From Felis catus (Eukaryota): a stretch of DNA of 64,000 nt. Below, one piece after another: positions 38,215-51,379 of the stretch. The stretch covers positions 3,782,001-3,846,000 of the forward strand of contig NC_058372.1 of the NCBI RefSeq assembly GCF_018350175.1, in the 5' to 3' direction. Position 1 is the first letter of the stretch; each line of letters starts with the position of its first letter. A program made the position numbers and the translations under genes. A model generated the notes under the pieces. It did no database searches. It saw only the letters and a program-made list of their open reading frames with translations, and had not been told where the DNA came from.

Positions 38215-39441
38215 CGATGGATTGTACTGGATTCCGCTGGGAAGGTGTGAGGTCCAAACAGGAAGTATTCACACGTGTGAAAACGCTTCCTACCTAAAAC
38301 TCACCGAACAGATTAGTAAGTATTTAATAGCTGGGGTGTATTTTACTTGTATGCACTTCATAGATTAAAAGTAAGCCTTGCCTTCAACTGTAGTTCGATT
38401 GGTAGCTGTGTGTGTGTGTTTAGGGCTATGGATGGTAATCAGCCTTCAAGGGCTGGCCCAGGAGAAATCTGAACTCTCAATTTCCATCCTTCTTATCGAT
38501 GAAATGATAATGATTGTAAAGGGTGTGTAGGTCGGTGGTGAAGACGGAACGAGAGTAGTGCATACAATGCCTGGTCCGTAGAAAGTGTTCGGTTAACTGT
38601 TTATTAGTATTGTTGACACTCTTAAAACCAAAGTTGCAGCACGGTGCCATATTGTGGCTATAACAATACATATATGCTTCTACAACTAATTTTACTGAAC
38701 ATATATATGTAAAATTTTGTACTTATATGGTAGGCACTATTTATTCTAAGAACTACATAAATATTAACTCATTAATTCTCGTAATCCTATGAATCAGGTA
38801 CTATTATCGACGTTTACAGATGAGAAAACTGCAACATAGAGAAAGGAATTAACTCGTCCTGTGGCAAAGTTGAACTTGAACCCAGGCATTCCAGCTTCTG
38901 GGACAGTCATTTTGAGAAATGTACTGTGCCACCTCTGTATCTTTCTTGGAGTATTTGATAAAGTTAAGAGGAAATATAAGTGCCACTCCCATTAACCATG
39001 AAAAGAATACGAAATCTATGTTTTAAGTGAAGCATAGCTACAAATCCGGAGGTAACAACAAGAGCTAGGACCAACCTCCGGAGCTAGGACCAACAAGAAT
39101 TTGGTCCCAACGAGGATTTCTGTTTAACTTAAGCTAGCTTAGGTGAGTTTGGTAGTAACAAATTCAGGGTGACGGAGTACCTTGGTCCCTCTCATGTACT
39201 GGCAACACAGTCCTCCCTGACAGCCAGACCTGCCTGCCACTGAAAGTGTGCGTGCACCTGACATACAGAAGGCAGGGACTGGGTGACCGTGAGTGTCCTC
39301 ATAACCGTTTCCCATGGAGTTTCGGGCAAGGAGTGAGCTCCAAGAACAGTAGTGTGGGGGTAGATTCTGAGTGACAGTGATGGTCCTGGGTTATGCTCAC
39401 CTACCACTCCCCAACACACACACTCACAACTGCATGCGTGT

Positions 39442-39470
39442 ACACACACGCACACACACACACACACACA
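39442..39470. repeat. (CA)n microsatellite
   Basis: Direct reading, one interruption. Confidence 0.9.
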
Positions 39471-42239
39471 TCTCCTTTCTCCGATGCCCCAACTTCATCT
39501 CGTCTTGTTAGAACCTCTTCTTAAAGTCTCCCTTGGGGTAGTACCCGGGTCGTGTGACCTTTCAGAGGCTTCCAGGGGAAGCACACATAATTGGAAAGAG
39601 TGAACAAGCCTGATGGATGGTCTATTCTCAAATTAAGGAGAGTACCAGCTTTCTCAGAGTCACCCCCAAAACAGCAGAATCCCATGGTGGGCAGATCTAA
39701 TGGAAATAAACTTCAGGTAAGAGGCAACTGTGTGTTCAGCGCCGTCTCAGGAACTATACGCATGTTACCTCATTTAATTCTCACTATATTCCTTGGGGGA
39801 GGTGCTACTCCATGCTACAGAGGAGGAAATGAAAGTTGGGAAAGCCCGAGAACGTAGCAGGTGGTACCCTATACTGTACATTATATATACAAGCCTATAG
39901 TATATAATATAGATGAATATACAACATATGCCATCTGTTAATTATGTATAATTCTAAATAAATAAAATTAATTTTTTATTTAATGGATACTACCAAGTGC
40001 ATTTAGATATACATTATTAGTTTAATCCTCAGTTTTAATTTCTAAAGTGGTTCATATGTCTATATTCGTGACCTTCACTAATGAGATTTGGGGGGTGCCC
40101 TACTAATTTTTAAGAGTGTAAAGGAGTCCTGGAATCTAAAGTTTGAGAACCACTGCTCTAGGCTGAAATCGAATGTCTTATTTTCCCAGTGGGTTTGGTA
40201 AGGATTTGAAGGCGAAGGTGTAACCAGCACAGTAACATTTTAATTTTTTTATTCTTCCGGTTTCTCAGTGGTTTTGGTCTTTCCCACCAGATTCATCACA
40301 CAGCATGATATTTATGCTTGTCTCTGACTGTCCCACCAGTTACAGCTCTTTGAGAGGAGACACTTTGCTGGGCTGATCTTTGCTTTTATTATCTCTTTCA
40401 GTGTCTTTTGCTTAACAAGTGCCCTGTGTGTGGGAAGCTCATGCATGGCATCGTGATGGCAAGAACACATCCTAACAAATCTATCAAAACTTGTATGTCC
40501 GTGTTTCCTCCAAAACAGTCACTGAGTGAGGCTATACCCTCCTTCCGATTAAGGCTATTGCCTAAAATATGTCTGCATCTCGTGCATTATCACTGCCTTT
40601 ATTAGAGACCTAGACTAGGAGGCTGTAAAAATGTATATAATCTCACTGTTGAGAAATCCTCTTGAGGGTAGGTTTGACTTCTGAAACAGCTTACAGTCAT
40701 TTGAAAACACGCTTAAAGAGTGAGGTGGCAATGAATGAGCTAGTTTCCTGCGTCACTTATGTGGTCCTAAGAGCAATTCCAAAATGTCAGGTGAATATTT
40801 TCTGGAATGTGTCGTTCCATTGGTGATACTCCCGATGCATTTATTAAGCACCAATGTCTTTTAAGGATGTGTCCGGGAATAAACATACAGAAACCGTGGT
40901 CTCAGCCCTTAAAGTGCCCCATGGGCTGGTGGGGTAAACATTTTGGCTCAGGTCTGATCCCCTAATCATTGGCCATTTGCCGGCAGAGACTGGGTTATTT
41001 GTTTGTGGGGCTAAAAAGCAAGCAAACAGACTGGAGGGCCTACAGTCTTCTTTAGGCCACTCTCCTGAATCTCTTTCCTGCATATTTTTTCTCAGGCTGC
41101 CCTCTATTATCAACCTCAAGGTGGACCCAAGCACGAACACTTTACGCCCTTGGGCAGGCAGGCCAGGAGAGCGGCTGGTATTATTAGAGCCCCATCCCTC
41201 GTGAGTCAGGAAAGAGCAGGTTTTAATCGCTCCCAGTTGGGGCCTGTAACAAGGTTTATTAATATCAGGTTAGCTACCTTCAAAAGCAGACAGAACCCTA
41301 TTCTGGCCTGGTAAAGGGAGGGTCCATGCACCTGCTCCAGCAACCCCCCTCACTGTCCTTATGTATTTCTCGCTGTTCACGTCTCTCCCCCACACCCTCT
41401 GTCCAGCTCCCATGGCAGTCTTTTGGACTGGACACTCGGCTCTGCGTAATTAGCTCTGCTCACCAGCTTTCCAGACCTGAAGCCCATGAAACGAAAGCAG
41501 CCAACCTGTAATATCCAGAATGTGTGTAGATACAAGAACACACAATTGACCTCATTGCAGTATTTCTGTCCTCAGTTTATTGTTGGCCCCCTTAAGGCCA
41601 TCAATTTTGAGGGGGAAGACCACACCCTTCACCTGAATTTTCCCCTGGAGGTCATTTTAATAGGCTTTTGGTGGCTCACGGGCTTGTCCCATCTTGTTTC
41701 AAAGCCTGAGACTCTGTGACCCACCTGCCAGATCTAAGGTCACTGTAAGGTTGACAGTCAAAAAGTTTTGTATCTCCCGAGTTTTAGAATGGTTTCTAAA
41801 GGTTCTGTTTTAGAGCGCTTGGAACAAACCGATGAACCGAGCGTCAAAGTATGCTTTTCAAGAGGTTAAAAACACAAGTCTCATACAAGTACTGTTTAGA
41901 ATGAGCTCATGCCTGGGTCAAAGAATGTTATGTCATTGACAAGGGGGCAAGCAGGATGGCAAAGTTGGGTCAAAGCAGGACACAGGAGAATGAAATACGC
42001 ATTTAGGCAGGAGAAGGTAAAAGGCAGGAAGGCGGAAAAATACAAAACTGGTTAATGTTCTATTAAGCAATACAATCATCACTTTTAGGGTTGGCTTTTC
42101 TACTGAAAAGAGTTCATGTGCCTCTCTACTGGACAAAACACTTAGTAATGTATCAACCCTCTATATGTCACTGTCTAATTTTACATACTTTGGGTGTAAT
42201 CAAAGAGTGATTATGAAGTCAAAGTTACCTTTGCCAAAG

Positions 42240-42560
42240 CCGTGCTGTCCAGAATGGTAGCTGTTGGTCTTATGTGGCCAGGGAGCACCTGTAAGGTGGC
42301 TAGCCTGAAATGGAATATTCTACGAATGTAAAATATACTAAATTTGGAAGCCTCACGATGTGAAAAAAAGGGAATATAAACCATCGTATTTTTAAAAATA
42401 CTGATTACATGTTGAAATGGCGATAGTTTGGATATATTGAGTGAAGCAGAATATATTATTAAAATTAAACTCATGTTTCTTTTTATTTGTGTCATGTGAC
42501 TACTAGAAAACATAAAATTAAGTATGTGACCCACATTCTATTCGTGTAGTATTGCCTTAG
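42240..42560. mobile_element. MER3/MER33-like hAT DNA transposon fossil
   Basis: gtgctgtccagaat...catgtgactactagaaaacataaaattaagtatgtgac; related pieces near 47940-48165 and 50225-50540. Confidence 0.6.
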
Positions 42561-44276
42561 AGCATCAAATGACCTGCAAATGAACTTAGACAATTTTCTA
42601 ATACAGCTTGGAAAGACACAAAGAAACAGTTTTGCCTTATTTTTCATTTTTGGATAGCTTTTCTCAACATGCATTACAAGAATCTGGAGAAGATCAAGAA
42701 TCTTGTTTCTCTGCCTTCTGGTCTCTACCCTGTGGCCAGGAGGTTGGGAGCAAGACTGAGTGGCTGGTGTCCGAATGACCTGAGATCTGGACGTCAGACT
42801 TGCCTGTAGGGAGATGTGTTTTGATTGATTCAACCTGAGTGATCATATTAGAGAATTGAATCACAGGAATCAAACTTATGTGCTGTTGATGTATAAATCA
42901 GGACACCAACTGATGGTGAGGGGAGGTCCAGTGACCTGGCAATCAAGATTCTACATTGCTATTTTCCTGGTGGGTACAGGACATTTCACTGAATTTCAAA
43001 TGGCTGTTTATGTGTGTGTGTGTGGGGGGGGGGGGTACTCCTTGTACATAGACTCAGAGCAAAGTGCATGTTCTTATTTGATTTCGTTATTTTGATGCCA
43101 AGATACATTAGTGTGATAAAAGTGCTTTAGTTGTTCAGACACTTTCGATAATTTCTTACGATTCCTATATCCAAAATCACGGCGAGGGATGGAAGGTCTA
43201 GAGTGGTTTTCTATGGCTGCTAATTCATCCATCACTAATCTCATTAGGCTGTTAATTCTCAGAGGACATGATCAGTAGTAGACACGATTTCCGAATGTTG
43301 AACAAATGTTGTTCAGTGAAACTTACAATGGAGTTACCCTTAGTCTAAAAATGCCTCATTTTTTTTTTTTTCATCACTGAACTTAAGTTGTATAACCTTT
43401 TTTGACCCCGGTCCAAGGCTGGCATCTTTAACACATATTTTCATGTGGCTGTATATTTGAATGGGAATTTCGGGTAAGTTGTAATACTTCCTTGGTCCCT
43501 AAAAGACAAAGCAAACTTTAGAATAGAATCCGAATGACCAGCACCAAAGGGCATGAGAAGGGGTAATCTTACCAACAACAGAAAAATGGTATAAAAACTT
43601 ACATGTTCTAGGAATTTTCCTCTACTTCTATTTAAAAATTTGCCATCCACTTTGTTCTACTTCGAATCTCCAGTTCATCTTATAAAAGTGTATCACATTA
43701 ATGTTAGCTGCTTTCCTTCCATCGAGACCGTCGAATTCCCAGGTAGAGAGTTTCCTTCTGTACCATAACATGAGTTAGATGTTGTTACTGGAAGTAATCT
43801 AGAATTTTCACGTGCTGAAGTTCATGTCTTTATTGGAACATATAAAAATAAATAAATAAATGCTTGTTTTCTTTGGAGAGAGATCATCTCAATGTCTATA
43901 GCTACCAAGTCTATTGAGGATTCTTTGCAGGCTTAGGGGGTCTCCCTTCTTCCCTTATAATCTCTATTCTTGAGGGTCAGACCCCCTGCCTTGCACAACC
44001 CAGAGGGGAACCTGAGATCTTTTTTAAAAACTGCCCAATTTCTCGCCTTTGGAGAAGTGAAGAGTGCCCCGCCCCCATCTACGAAAAGACGGAGTTGATA
44101 AAGAATTTCAGTGTCTTCAAATCTAAGATTTAAGTCTCTAACCCCCCACGGTCCAGGACACCCCCCAAGGCCTTTGGACCCCCTTTCATCCAACCCTAAC
44201 TGCTTTGGACTGGCCCGGGAATCCTTGTCCCAGTCCACGGTTCCTGTGGGTCTGTGCGCAGAATTCACAGAGGACC

Positions 44277-44283
44277 TGTGTTA
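44277..44283 (+). promoter_or_regulatory. H1 upstream conserved element (TGTGTTA) of H1-2
   Basis: 354 bp upstream of AAACACA at 44631. Confidence 0.8.
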
Positions 44284-44630
44284 CTTCCCTCGCGAAGAAA
44301 GAGAATTATCGTGAAAATTTAGGTGGAAACCATTTCGTTTTTGTCTCCCAAAGAAGGCAACCATGTGCCCAACCACCCCTGAGAAAAAGAACTTTCAGGG
44401 GCAAAGGAGCGAACAGGTAATTTAAGAGAAAAACAGAAAGTGGTCTCCCACCGTCCTGGACTTCCCTCGGAGTTGGGGGAGTTGGGGGCTCCTGGACGCG
44501 TCGCCTTTGGGGTTGCGGAAAAAATAAATGGAGAGCCCGGAGCCTGAGGCTTCTCGGATCCTTTTCCGACCAAAGCCGGGAGATTTGGTGCGGGGTATTT
44601 TAACATTTTCCCCCTTTTGTGAAGTGGAAC

Positions 44631-44723
44631 AAACACAACTTGGGCGCACGGCGGCGGCTCGGAGCCTGCCAGCCAGGCGGGCGAGCGGAGCACCAATCAG
44701 CGCGCGCCTGCGCTCTATATATA
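44631..44723 (+). promoter_or_regulatory. H1-2 proximal promoter
   Basis: AAACACA 44631, GGCGGG box, CCAAT 44693, TATATATA 44716. Confidence 0.9.
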
Positions 44724-44787
44724 CGGCGGCCCGGCCCCGGCGCACCCACGGCGCTCTGCCACTTGTCCCCGGTCCTACAGCCTCAGC

Positions 44788-45429
44788 ATGTCGGAGACCG
44801 CTCCCGCCGCTCCTGCCGCCGCGCCCCCCGCGGAGAAGGCCCCCGTGAAGAAGAAGGCGGCCAAGAAACCCGCAGGGGTGCGCCGCAAGGCTTCTGGGCC
44901 GCCGGTGTCCGAGCTCATCACCAAGGCCGTGGCCGCCTCCAAGGAGCGCAGCGGCGTGTCCCTGGCCGCGCTCAAGAAGGCGCTGGCGGCCGCCGGCTAC
45001 GACGTGGAGAAGAACAACAGCCGCATCAAGCTGGGCCTCAAGAGCCTGGTGAGCAAGGGCACCCTGGTGCAGACCAAGGGCACCGGCGCCTCGGGCTCCT
45101 TCAAGCTCAACAAGAAGGCAGCGTCCGGGGAGGCCAAGCCCAAAGCCAAGAAGGCGGGCGCGGCCAAGCCCAAGAAGGCTGCCGGGGCGGCCAAGAAAGC
45201 CAAGAAGGCCACCGGCGCCGGCACTCCCAAGAAGAGCGCCAAGAAGACCCCGAAGAAGGTGAAGAAGCCGGCGGGGGCTGCTGTCGCCAAGAAAGTGGCC
45301 AAGAGTCCGAAGAAAGCGAAGGCTGCCAAGCCGAAGAAGGCCGCCAAGAGCGCAGCTAAGGCCGTGAAGCCCAAGACCGCCAAACCCAAGGTTGCCAAGC
45401 CCAAGAAGGCTGCACCCAAAAAGAAGTAG
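44788..45429 (+). CDS. H1-2: Linker histone H1.2 (213 aa)
   Basis: [27 protein letters not shown]...[15 protein letters not shown]; length, termini and position next to HFE fit H1.2. Confidence 0.96.
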   Translation: MSETAPAAPAAAPPAEKAPVKKKAAKKPAGVRRKASGPPVSELITKAVAASKERSGVSLAALKKALAAAGYDVEKNNSRIKLGLKSLVSKGTLVQTKGTGASGSFKLNKKAASGEAKPKAKKAGAAKPKKAAGAAKKAKKATGAGTPKKSAKKTPKKVKKPAGAAVAKKVAKSPKKAKAAKPKKAAKSAAKAVKPKTAKPKVAKPKKAAPKKK

Positions 45430-45464
45430 GCTGTTGAAGAACGTCTGCTTCTGAAACCCAAAAA

Positions 45465-45480
45465 GGCTCTTTTCAGAGCC
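45465..45480 (+). terminator. Histone 3' stem-loop of H1-2
   Basis: GGCTCTTTTCAGAGCC-ACCA; downstream element AAAGAGCTG near 45497-45505. Confidence 0.96.
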
Positions 45481-47114
45481 ACCACTGACCTCAAAGAAAG
45501 AGCTGAACCTTCTAACCCTGTCCCTTTCTCCCTTTAACCTTTGGCTCTAGGTGTGGTTGGCAGCTGCAGTTGACGCCAGCCGGAAAGAGGCGGCGGGGGT
45601 CTCTGCGCAGCCCTGGGGCGCGTCCCCTGCCCAGCGGTATCCCGGGTGGCCTCCCCCGCTACTTTGCGGAAGCGCTGCCCCGGAGGCGCGCACTCGCGCG
45701 CCAGCCCCGCCCCGCGCCAGGCCATCGAAAACAACCACAAATCAAGTCAGCCAGTTCCTCGGTCTCCAGGAATCCCCCGATTGGGTTGGAAAGCCGTTCA
45801 AAAGTCCCGCCCTGCTCGCGGGTTGGCCCACTCCTCCGGCCCACGCTTTTCATCGCGTGTTTTATTGGGTGGAGGCCGGCCTCTTGTGTATTCTGTGTAC
45901 GTTTCGTTTCCAGTGGATTGATTGTGCCTTTTTCGCCCGGTAAGTGTGTCCCTGATACCTCGGACACTTCCCATGGTTTGGAAAGTCCAGCTCGTGTCCG
46001 GGGACGGCCGCAGCACCCCGCCGGGGAGGAGACGGTGCGGGCGTCCGTGCCGCGCGCTCCCGTGGGCCAGCCCGCGCGCTGCGGCCGCTGAGGACCGCGT
46101 CTGGACCACCGCGCGGCGGCGGCGGCGGCCACCCTGCCACCGGGCGCCGCTGGACCGGCGCCCTTCTGTCCCTCGCGTCATGTAACTTTGAACAAAAGTG
46201 TGATGGGATTGGAGTGCATCACAACAACCCTTCGTCGGCCATCTTGTCCCGGCAGCGGGTCACCGAGCGTCGTTTTAGGTAGACGTCAACATCTAAACGC
46301 CGGAGATGCTTTCAACGCATTTTTGCGCGGCCGAAGGCCCAACGGTTTCTACGCGAGTAACGTACGGGTAAACCTGGGAACGTATATGCATGTGTGGGGG
46401 TGAAGTGATGTCTCTAACGAAGGCCTTTAGTTTATCTTCACGGCGGTATCTGCGGCTTCTTTCATACTGATGGCGTTTCTTCTGGGCAGAGGAAAGTCCA
46501 GCGTCGTGTTTTATATTCTGGTCAACACCGTTGGTTCCAGGAACCGGGGCTTCTGGAGACCCGAAGCTCAGTTCTCCGCCCATTGCCACAGCGACTGATG
46601 TAGTCGTTAAGTAACTTAGATTAATTTCCCCCCATTACCGGTAGTGACCACGGAGTTCATTCCTGCCCGCACCGTCCCTCCCAACGGAATGGGATACTAT
46701 AATTAATGTTCGTTTTCATGTGTAGAAAGACCTCCCTTCTTTGAGAGCACAGCGCACCCGCGCGCGCGCATGCACGCCAAGAAAGTTTTCCAAGGTTTGT
46801 TTCAATAATTTTTGTGTTGTCAATTTCACTTTAGAAGCAATTGAAACCCCTGTATTTTGTTACAAGGTTTAATAAATGCGTACTACTCTTCCATTTCTGC
46901 TTCCTTTCCCCTCCCCACCTCACTCCCGTTGGAGATGCCAACCGTTATCATAGGCTAAATTCCATGGATATGTGGAGTAATCCCAGGTTTTCTACTTTGT
47001 CCCTTTGATCTTTCTGGCCATTTCTCCAGTGAGATCATACTGTTAAGTATTGTTCACAGCACTGTCTTCAATGCTGAGAATACATAACCCATGGTAGGTA
47101 CTGAAATAAAAATG

Positions 47115-47178
47115 GAATGTTTGAGAAACTGAGATGTTATAACATGAATGTTTGAGAAACTGAGATGTTATAACATGA
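47115..47178. repeat. Perfect 31-bp tandem duplication
   Basis: gaatgtttgagaaactgagatgttataacat twice. Confidence 0.95.
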
Positions 47179-47327
47179 CCGAGGGAAGATAGAGCTCATT
47201 CCCTGTCGTTGCTCTTTTTTTTTTCCCCAGAATTTCCTGGTTATTCTAGTTTTTATTTTGTTTTTCGAAATGCACTTTAAGATGCTTCCTCCCTCCCACC
47301 TCACCTCTTCACGCTTCCATTACACAT

Positions 47328-47329
<2 letters not shown>

Positions 47330-47372
<43 letters not shown>
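47330..47372. repeat. (CA)n microsatellite
   Basis: Direct reading. Confidence 0.95.
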
Positions 47373-47373
<1 letters not shown>

Positions 47374-47759
47374 CCTCAATATCCTCGTAGTTTTATTGGG
47401 ATGGTGTTAAATTTACAAATTAATTTGGGGAGAGGATGAGTTTTCCTGTTCAAGAACATTTTGTTTTCACATCCCCCCCCCCAATATTTTGTACCTGTGG
47501 AGAATGTTTCAAATTTTCTGCAGACAGATCTTCATATTATATATTACCCTTTATTCCCAGATATGTTGTCATCTTTGTTGCTGTTGAAAATGACAACCTA
47601 TGAGATTTTTGATTCCTTTGGGGCCTGGCACACTGAAGATATCCAGTAATGGAAGGGATCTATGCCTAGTGAATGAACAACCTCTAGAACAGTCCTGTCT
47701 GTAGCCAAATTAAGTAAGGAAGAAAGAAACAGGTGAATCAGTTTTAATAACATAATTTA

Positions 47760-47941
47760 GGGGCACCTGAATGGCTCAGTCCGTTAACCATCTGACTTCC
47801 GCTGGGGTCATCATCTCATGGTATGTGAGTTTGAGCCCCACATCAGGCTCTTCAGATCCTGTCTCCCTCTCTCTCTGCTGCCCCCCCACTCTCTCTTTCT
47901 CTCTCTCACACACACACTCAAAAAGAAAGATTAAAAAAAAA
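47760..47941 (+). mobile_element. Can-SINE with internal deletion
   Basis: Head and tail; TSD acataattta. Confidence 0.8.
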
Positions 47942-49297
47942 CCACATAATTTATTTAACCTAACATGTCCAAAATATTCTTGCTCAGCACAAAATCAATG
48001 TAAAAATATTTATGAGAGATTTTACATTCTTTTTTGTTCCTCGTATTATGTCTTTGGAATCTCCATGTATTTTACACAAACAGCATATCTCAGTTCCTAC
48101 GTGGCTATTTCAAGAACTCACTCAACTGTCCGTGGCTCATGGCAGCCTTATGGACAATAAACTCTAGAATGCCCTCTGGTCCCAAATATCCTGCTCTTCT
48201 CTAGCCTCATCCTTGGTTTAAAGCTTTCATATCAGTGGGTCTTCATATACGCTGTCCTCCGTGGACCTAAACTTTTGACCTTAAAGGGGGGTTGACCGGT
48301 CCAAAAGTCATTGGGCCAATATGAACCAATCAAAAATTCTCTGTTCAAAAACTGGAATTGAGTTGCAGAAATTGAGGTGACCTGATGTCAGGGGCTGGGA
48401 GGTGTCATCTGTAGGAGACACCGGAAGGTCTGATGAATCAAAAATGCCGAATGGAGCCAAGGGCAGAGCACGGAGGAGAGATGCATAGAGCTTCGTTCTC
48501 TGGGTTCCTAACGTGGGGATTCTGGGTCCTCTGAGCCATCTGTACTCCTGTCACTGGGGCAGGAGCCTCCCTTGGCTCAGGTTGGGTCAAGTTGCAGCAA
48601 CCAGGAGACCCAATTAAGACACTTAAATTTAATCACAGTACTTGTGCTAAAGTACCATAAGTACTTGTGCTAAGTACTCATGCTTTCAAGTCCACACACT
48701 TTTTAGGTTCATATACTTACAATGGATCCTAACATTGAATGTCTCCTGCAAACATATTTGCATAGGTAAAGGGCACCCTTTTACTATTCAAATGAAATGT
48801 ATTCCTCAAAAACAAATATTTGCCCTTCTCTAGTAAGGGTGAGGGGAGAGTTCACTCACAGAGAGCTAAAAGTTATCATAAAACCTCTCATTTTGCCTAG
48901 ACTTTCGATAAGACCTTCAACAATATGTTTCCTTGATTTTGGCCCATTCCCTCACGGGTGTCCACAAAGTTGACTGGCTTAGGTCTAATATTGTAAGCCA
49001 TTCATTAGACTCTACATTGGCTGCTTTAAGAAAAAGGTCCTTGTCTTGATTTTTAGTTTATGAAGTCTATATTTTATTTTGACATTATTAATGTTATCGT
49101 TTTCAATAATCTACTTATTATTATAAAATAATATTGATAACGGCAATAATATATTCAAATAATTGCCCAAACATGGCTGACTACCTAAACTTGGCAATGA
49201 TTACCGCATCAACTAAACTGCTGATTGACAATTCAACATGAAAATTCATGATTCATGTCCACGTACGATAAAAGTGTAACTCAGAAATTACAGGTTA

Positions 49298-49535
49298 GGG
49301 GCGCCTGGGTGGCTTGGTCGGTTAAGCGTCTGACTTCAGCTCAGGTCATGATCTCACGGTCCGTGAGTTCGAGCCCCGCGTCGGGCTCTGTGCTGACAGC
49401 TCAGAGCCTGAAGCCTGTTTCAGATTCTGTGTCTCCCTCTCTCTCTGCCCCTCCCCTGTTCATGCTCTTTCTCTCTCTGTCTCAAAAATAAATAAACGTT
49501 AAAAAAAAAAAAGAAGAAAAGAAAAGGAAAAAAAG
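49298..49535 (+). mobile_element. Can-SINE
   Basis: TSD agaaattacaggtta. Confidence 0.92.
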
Positions 49536-49874
49536 AAATTACAGGTTATTTTAATGCATTATACCCACCTTTTAAAATTTTTCTGCGCATACACAAGTGG
49601 TCTCGTGGCTGAAAAATTAAATATCCTAGTACTTCTCGTAGGCAAATTTCTAGGTGATTCTACGCTAAGGGAAATGTAGACAGTAACTCTGGGTTGAAAT
49701 CCAGGCCAGAGATGAACAGTTGGTCCAGTAAAAGGCAAGGTGACATCATTAGAGGGTTTCAGAGTAGAGCTGGGATTTAGGGTACAGTGGGAACAACACT
49801 GCTGTTAGGAGCTAGCAATTCCTGAGTTCTAATTTACAACGTGCCAAGCATTGTCGGGGAGAAGTCTCCATTGC

Positions 49875-50092
49875 TTTTCTTTTTGTAATGTTTTCTTAGT
49901 ATTTTTGAGACAGAGAGAAACAGAGTGCAAGCGGGGGAGGGGCAGAGAGAGAGGGAGACACAGAATCCGAAGCAGGCTCCAGACTCCGAGCTGTCAGCAC
50001 AAGAGCCCGATGCGGGGCTCAAACCCACCAACCTTGAGATCGTGACCTGAGCCGAAGTCAGACGTTTAACCGACTGAGCCACCCAGGCGCCC
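49875..50092 (-). mobile_element. Can-SINE
   Basis: Body and head; TSD-like ctccatt. Confidence 0.88.
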
Positions 50093-51379
50093 CTCCATTT
50101 CTTTTCAAACACCTTCTTATCACAGCACTCTGAGGGAGGTGTCATGATTACTGAGGACTGGTGGTATTAAGAACATAGCTAGTTAGTTTCTGCTCAGTGA
50201 GCCGGTGTCTTCACCCTTTGCAGAGTAGTGCTTTTCCTCAGAAATACAATAGGAGTCACATAGGTTATTTGAAAATTTTTAGTAGCCACATTTCAAAAAG
50301 CGAAAAGGAACAAGAAAAATCTATTTTGATGGTACTTTAACTCATTATTATAGAAATATTATTTCAACAAGTTATCTAATATAAAAAATACTGAGATTTT
50401 TTTTTAATTCTATTTTTCAGACAACTCTTTGAAACCTGGTACGTATTTTACACGTAAAGCTCATCTTGGTTTGGACCAGCCACATTTCAAGTGCTTCATA
50501 GCCATATATGGCTAGTGGCTACTATCTTGGATGATATAGTTCCACAGTAACTAAATACTGTGATGAAAACACAAGCAAATACCTGCTCTGTAGTAGAATC
50601 CAGATGTTTCCAAGGAAATGATTATTCTGAGCTGGTCCTGAAGCCCAGAGAGCATCCCTGAAAGGTGATGTTTCTTCTATGCATCGTATGCATTTCCCCT
50701 TGTACTAGGCCACTGACCAGAGGACTCTGATAACAGAACATAGCCCAGGCCAGGCCACTGCATTTCCCACCCATCCACTAATCTGTGAGTCCGAGTGAGC
50801 CTTGAGGAGGAACTGGGTCTAACAATCCATTTCCAGGAAGTCTTATTGGTCCGAAGATATTTAGTGTGTGGGTTTGGTGTGAGGTTGCTTGTCAGTGATA
50901 TCTATTATGAATCTGGCCAATTAAAGTAAACTCTCTTGGGCTAACGTTCTTCCTCTATAAAATGGAGACAGAGAACCTGATTTTCAGGGTTGTATTAAGA
51001 ATGTTCTATAATAATGCAGGCCAATCGGTTCATGTGCTACTTGACCCAAAATGTGGGGACCTCTTCCATGGAACCTTCTCTAAAGGAAGATGATATTCAG
51101 CCCAGGCTAGATCAATACCGTCCTGCAATATTGTCCCAGGGAACTCACCGCGATACTGAAAATGTTCACACTGCTCAGAGTTGACTTTATCTCCTCCCCA
51201 CTAACTTTTGTTCTTCTGGTAACTCTGAGAATGGTACCACAGTTCAAAGCATCATGCAAAGCAAAGCTCTTTCCCAGAGACCTAGAGTCATCCCAAACCA
51301 GTGATTCTCAACTCCTAGGGTGCTAGGCTGAGATGTTAGAACAGAGTGGTAGGAGAGCATGGGAAAGCCGTATATAAGT

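Noticed and set aside
44619-45494. Alternative-frame and antisense ORFs over H1-2 (likewise 11706-12167 over H1t)
   Set aside because: Shadow ORFs from biased histone codon usage
46293-46589. 98-aa minus-strand ORF considered as a processed pseudogene
   Set aside because: No convincing match to a protein I recognise; no poly(A) tail or TSD
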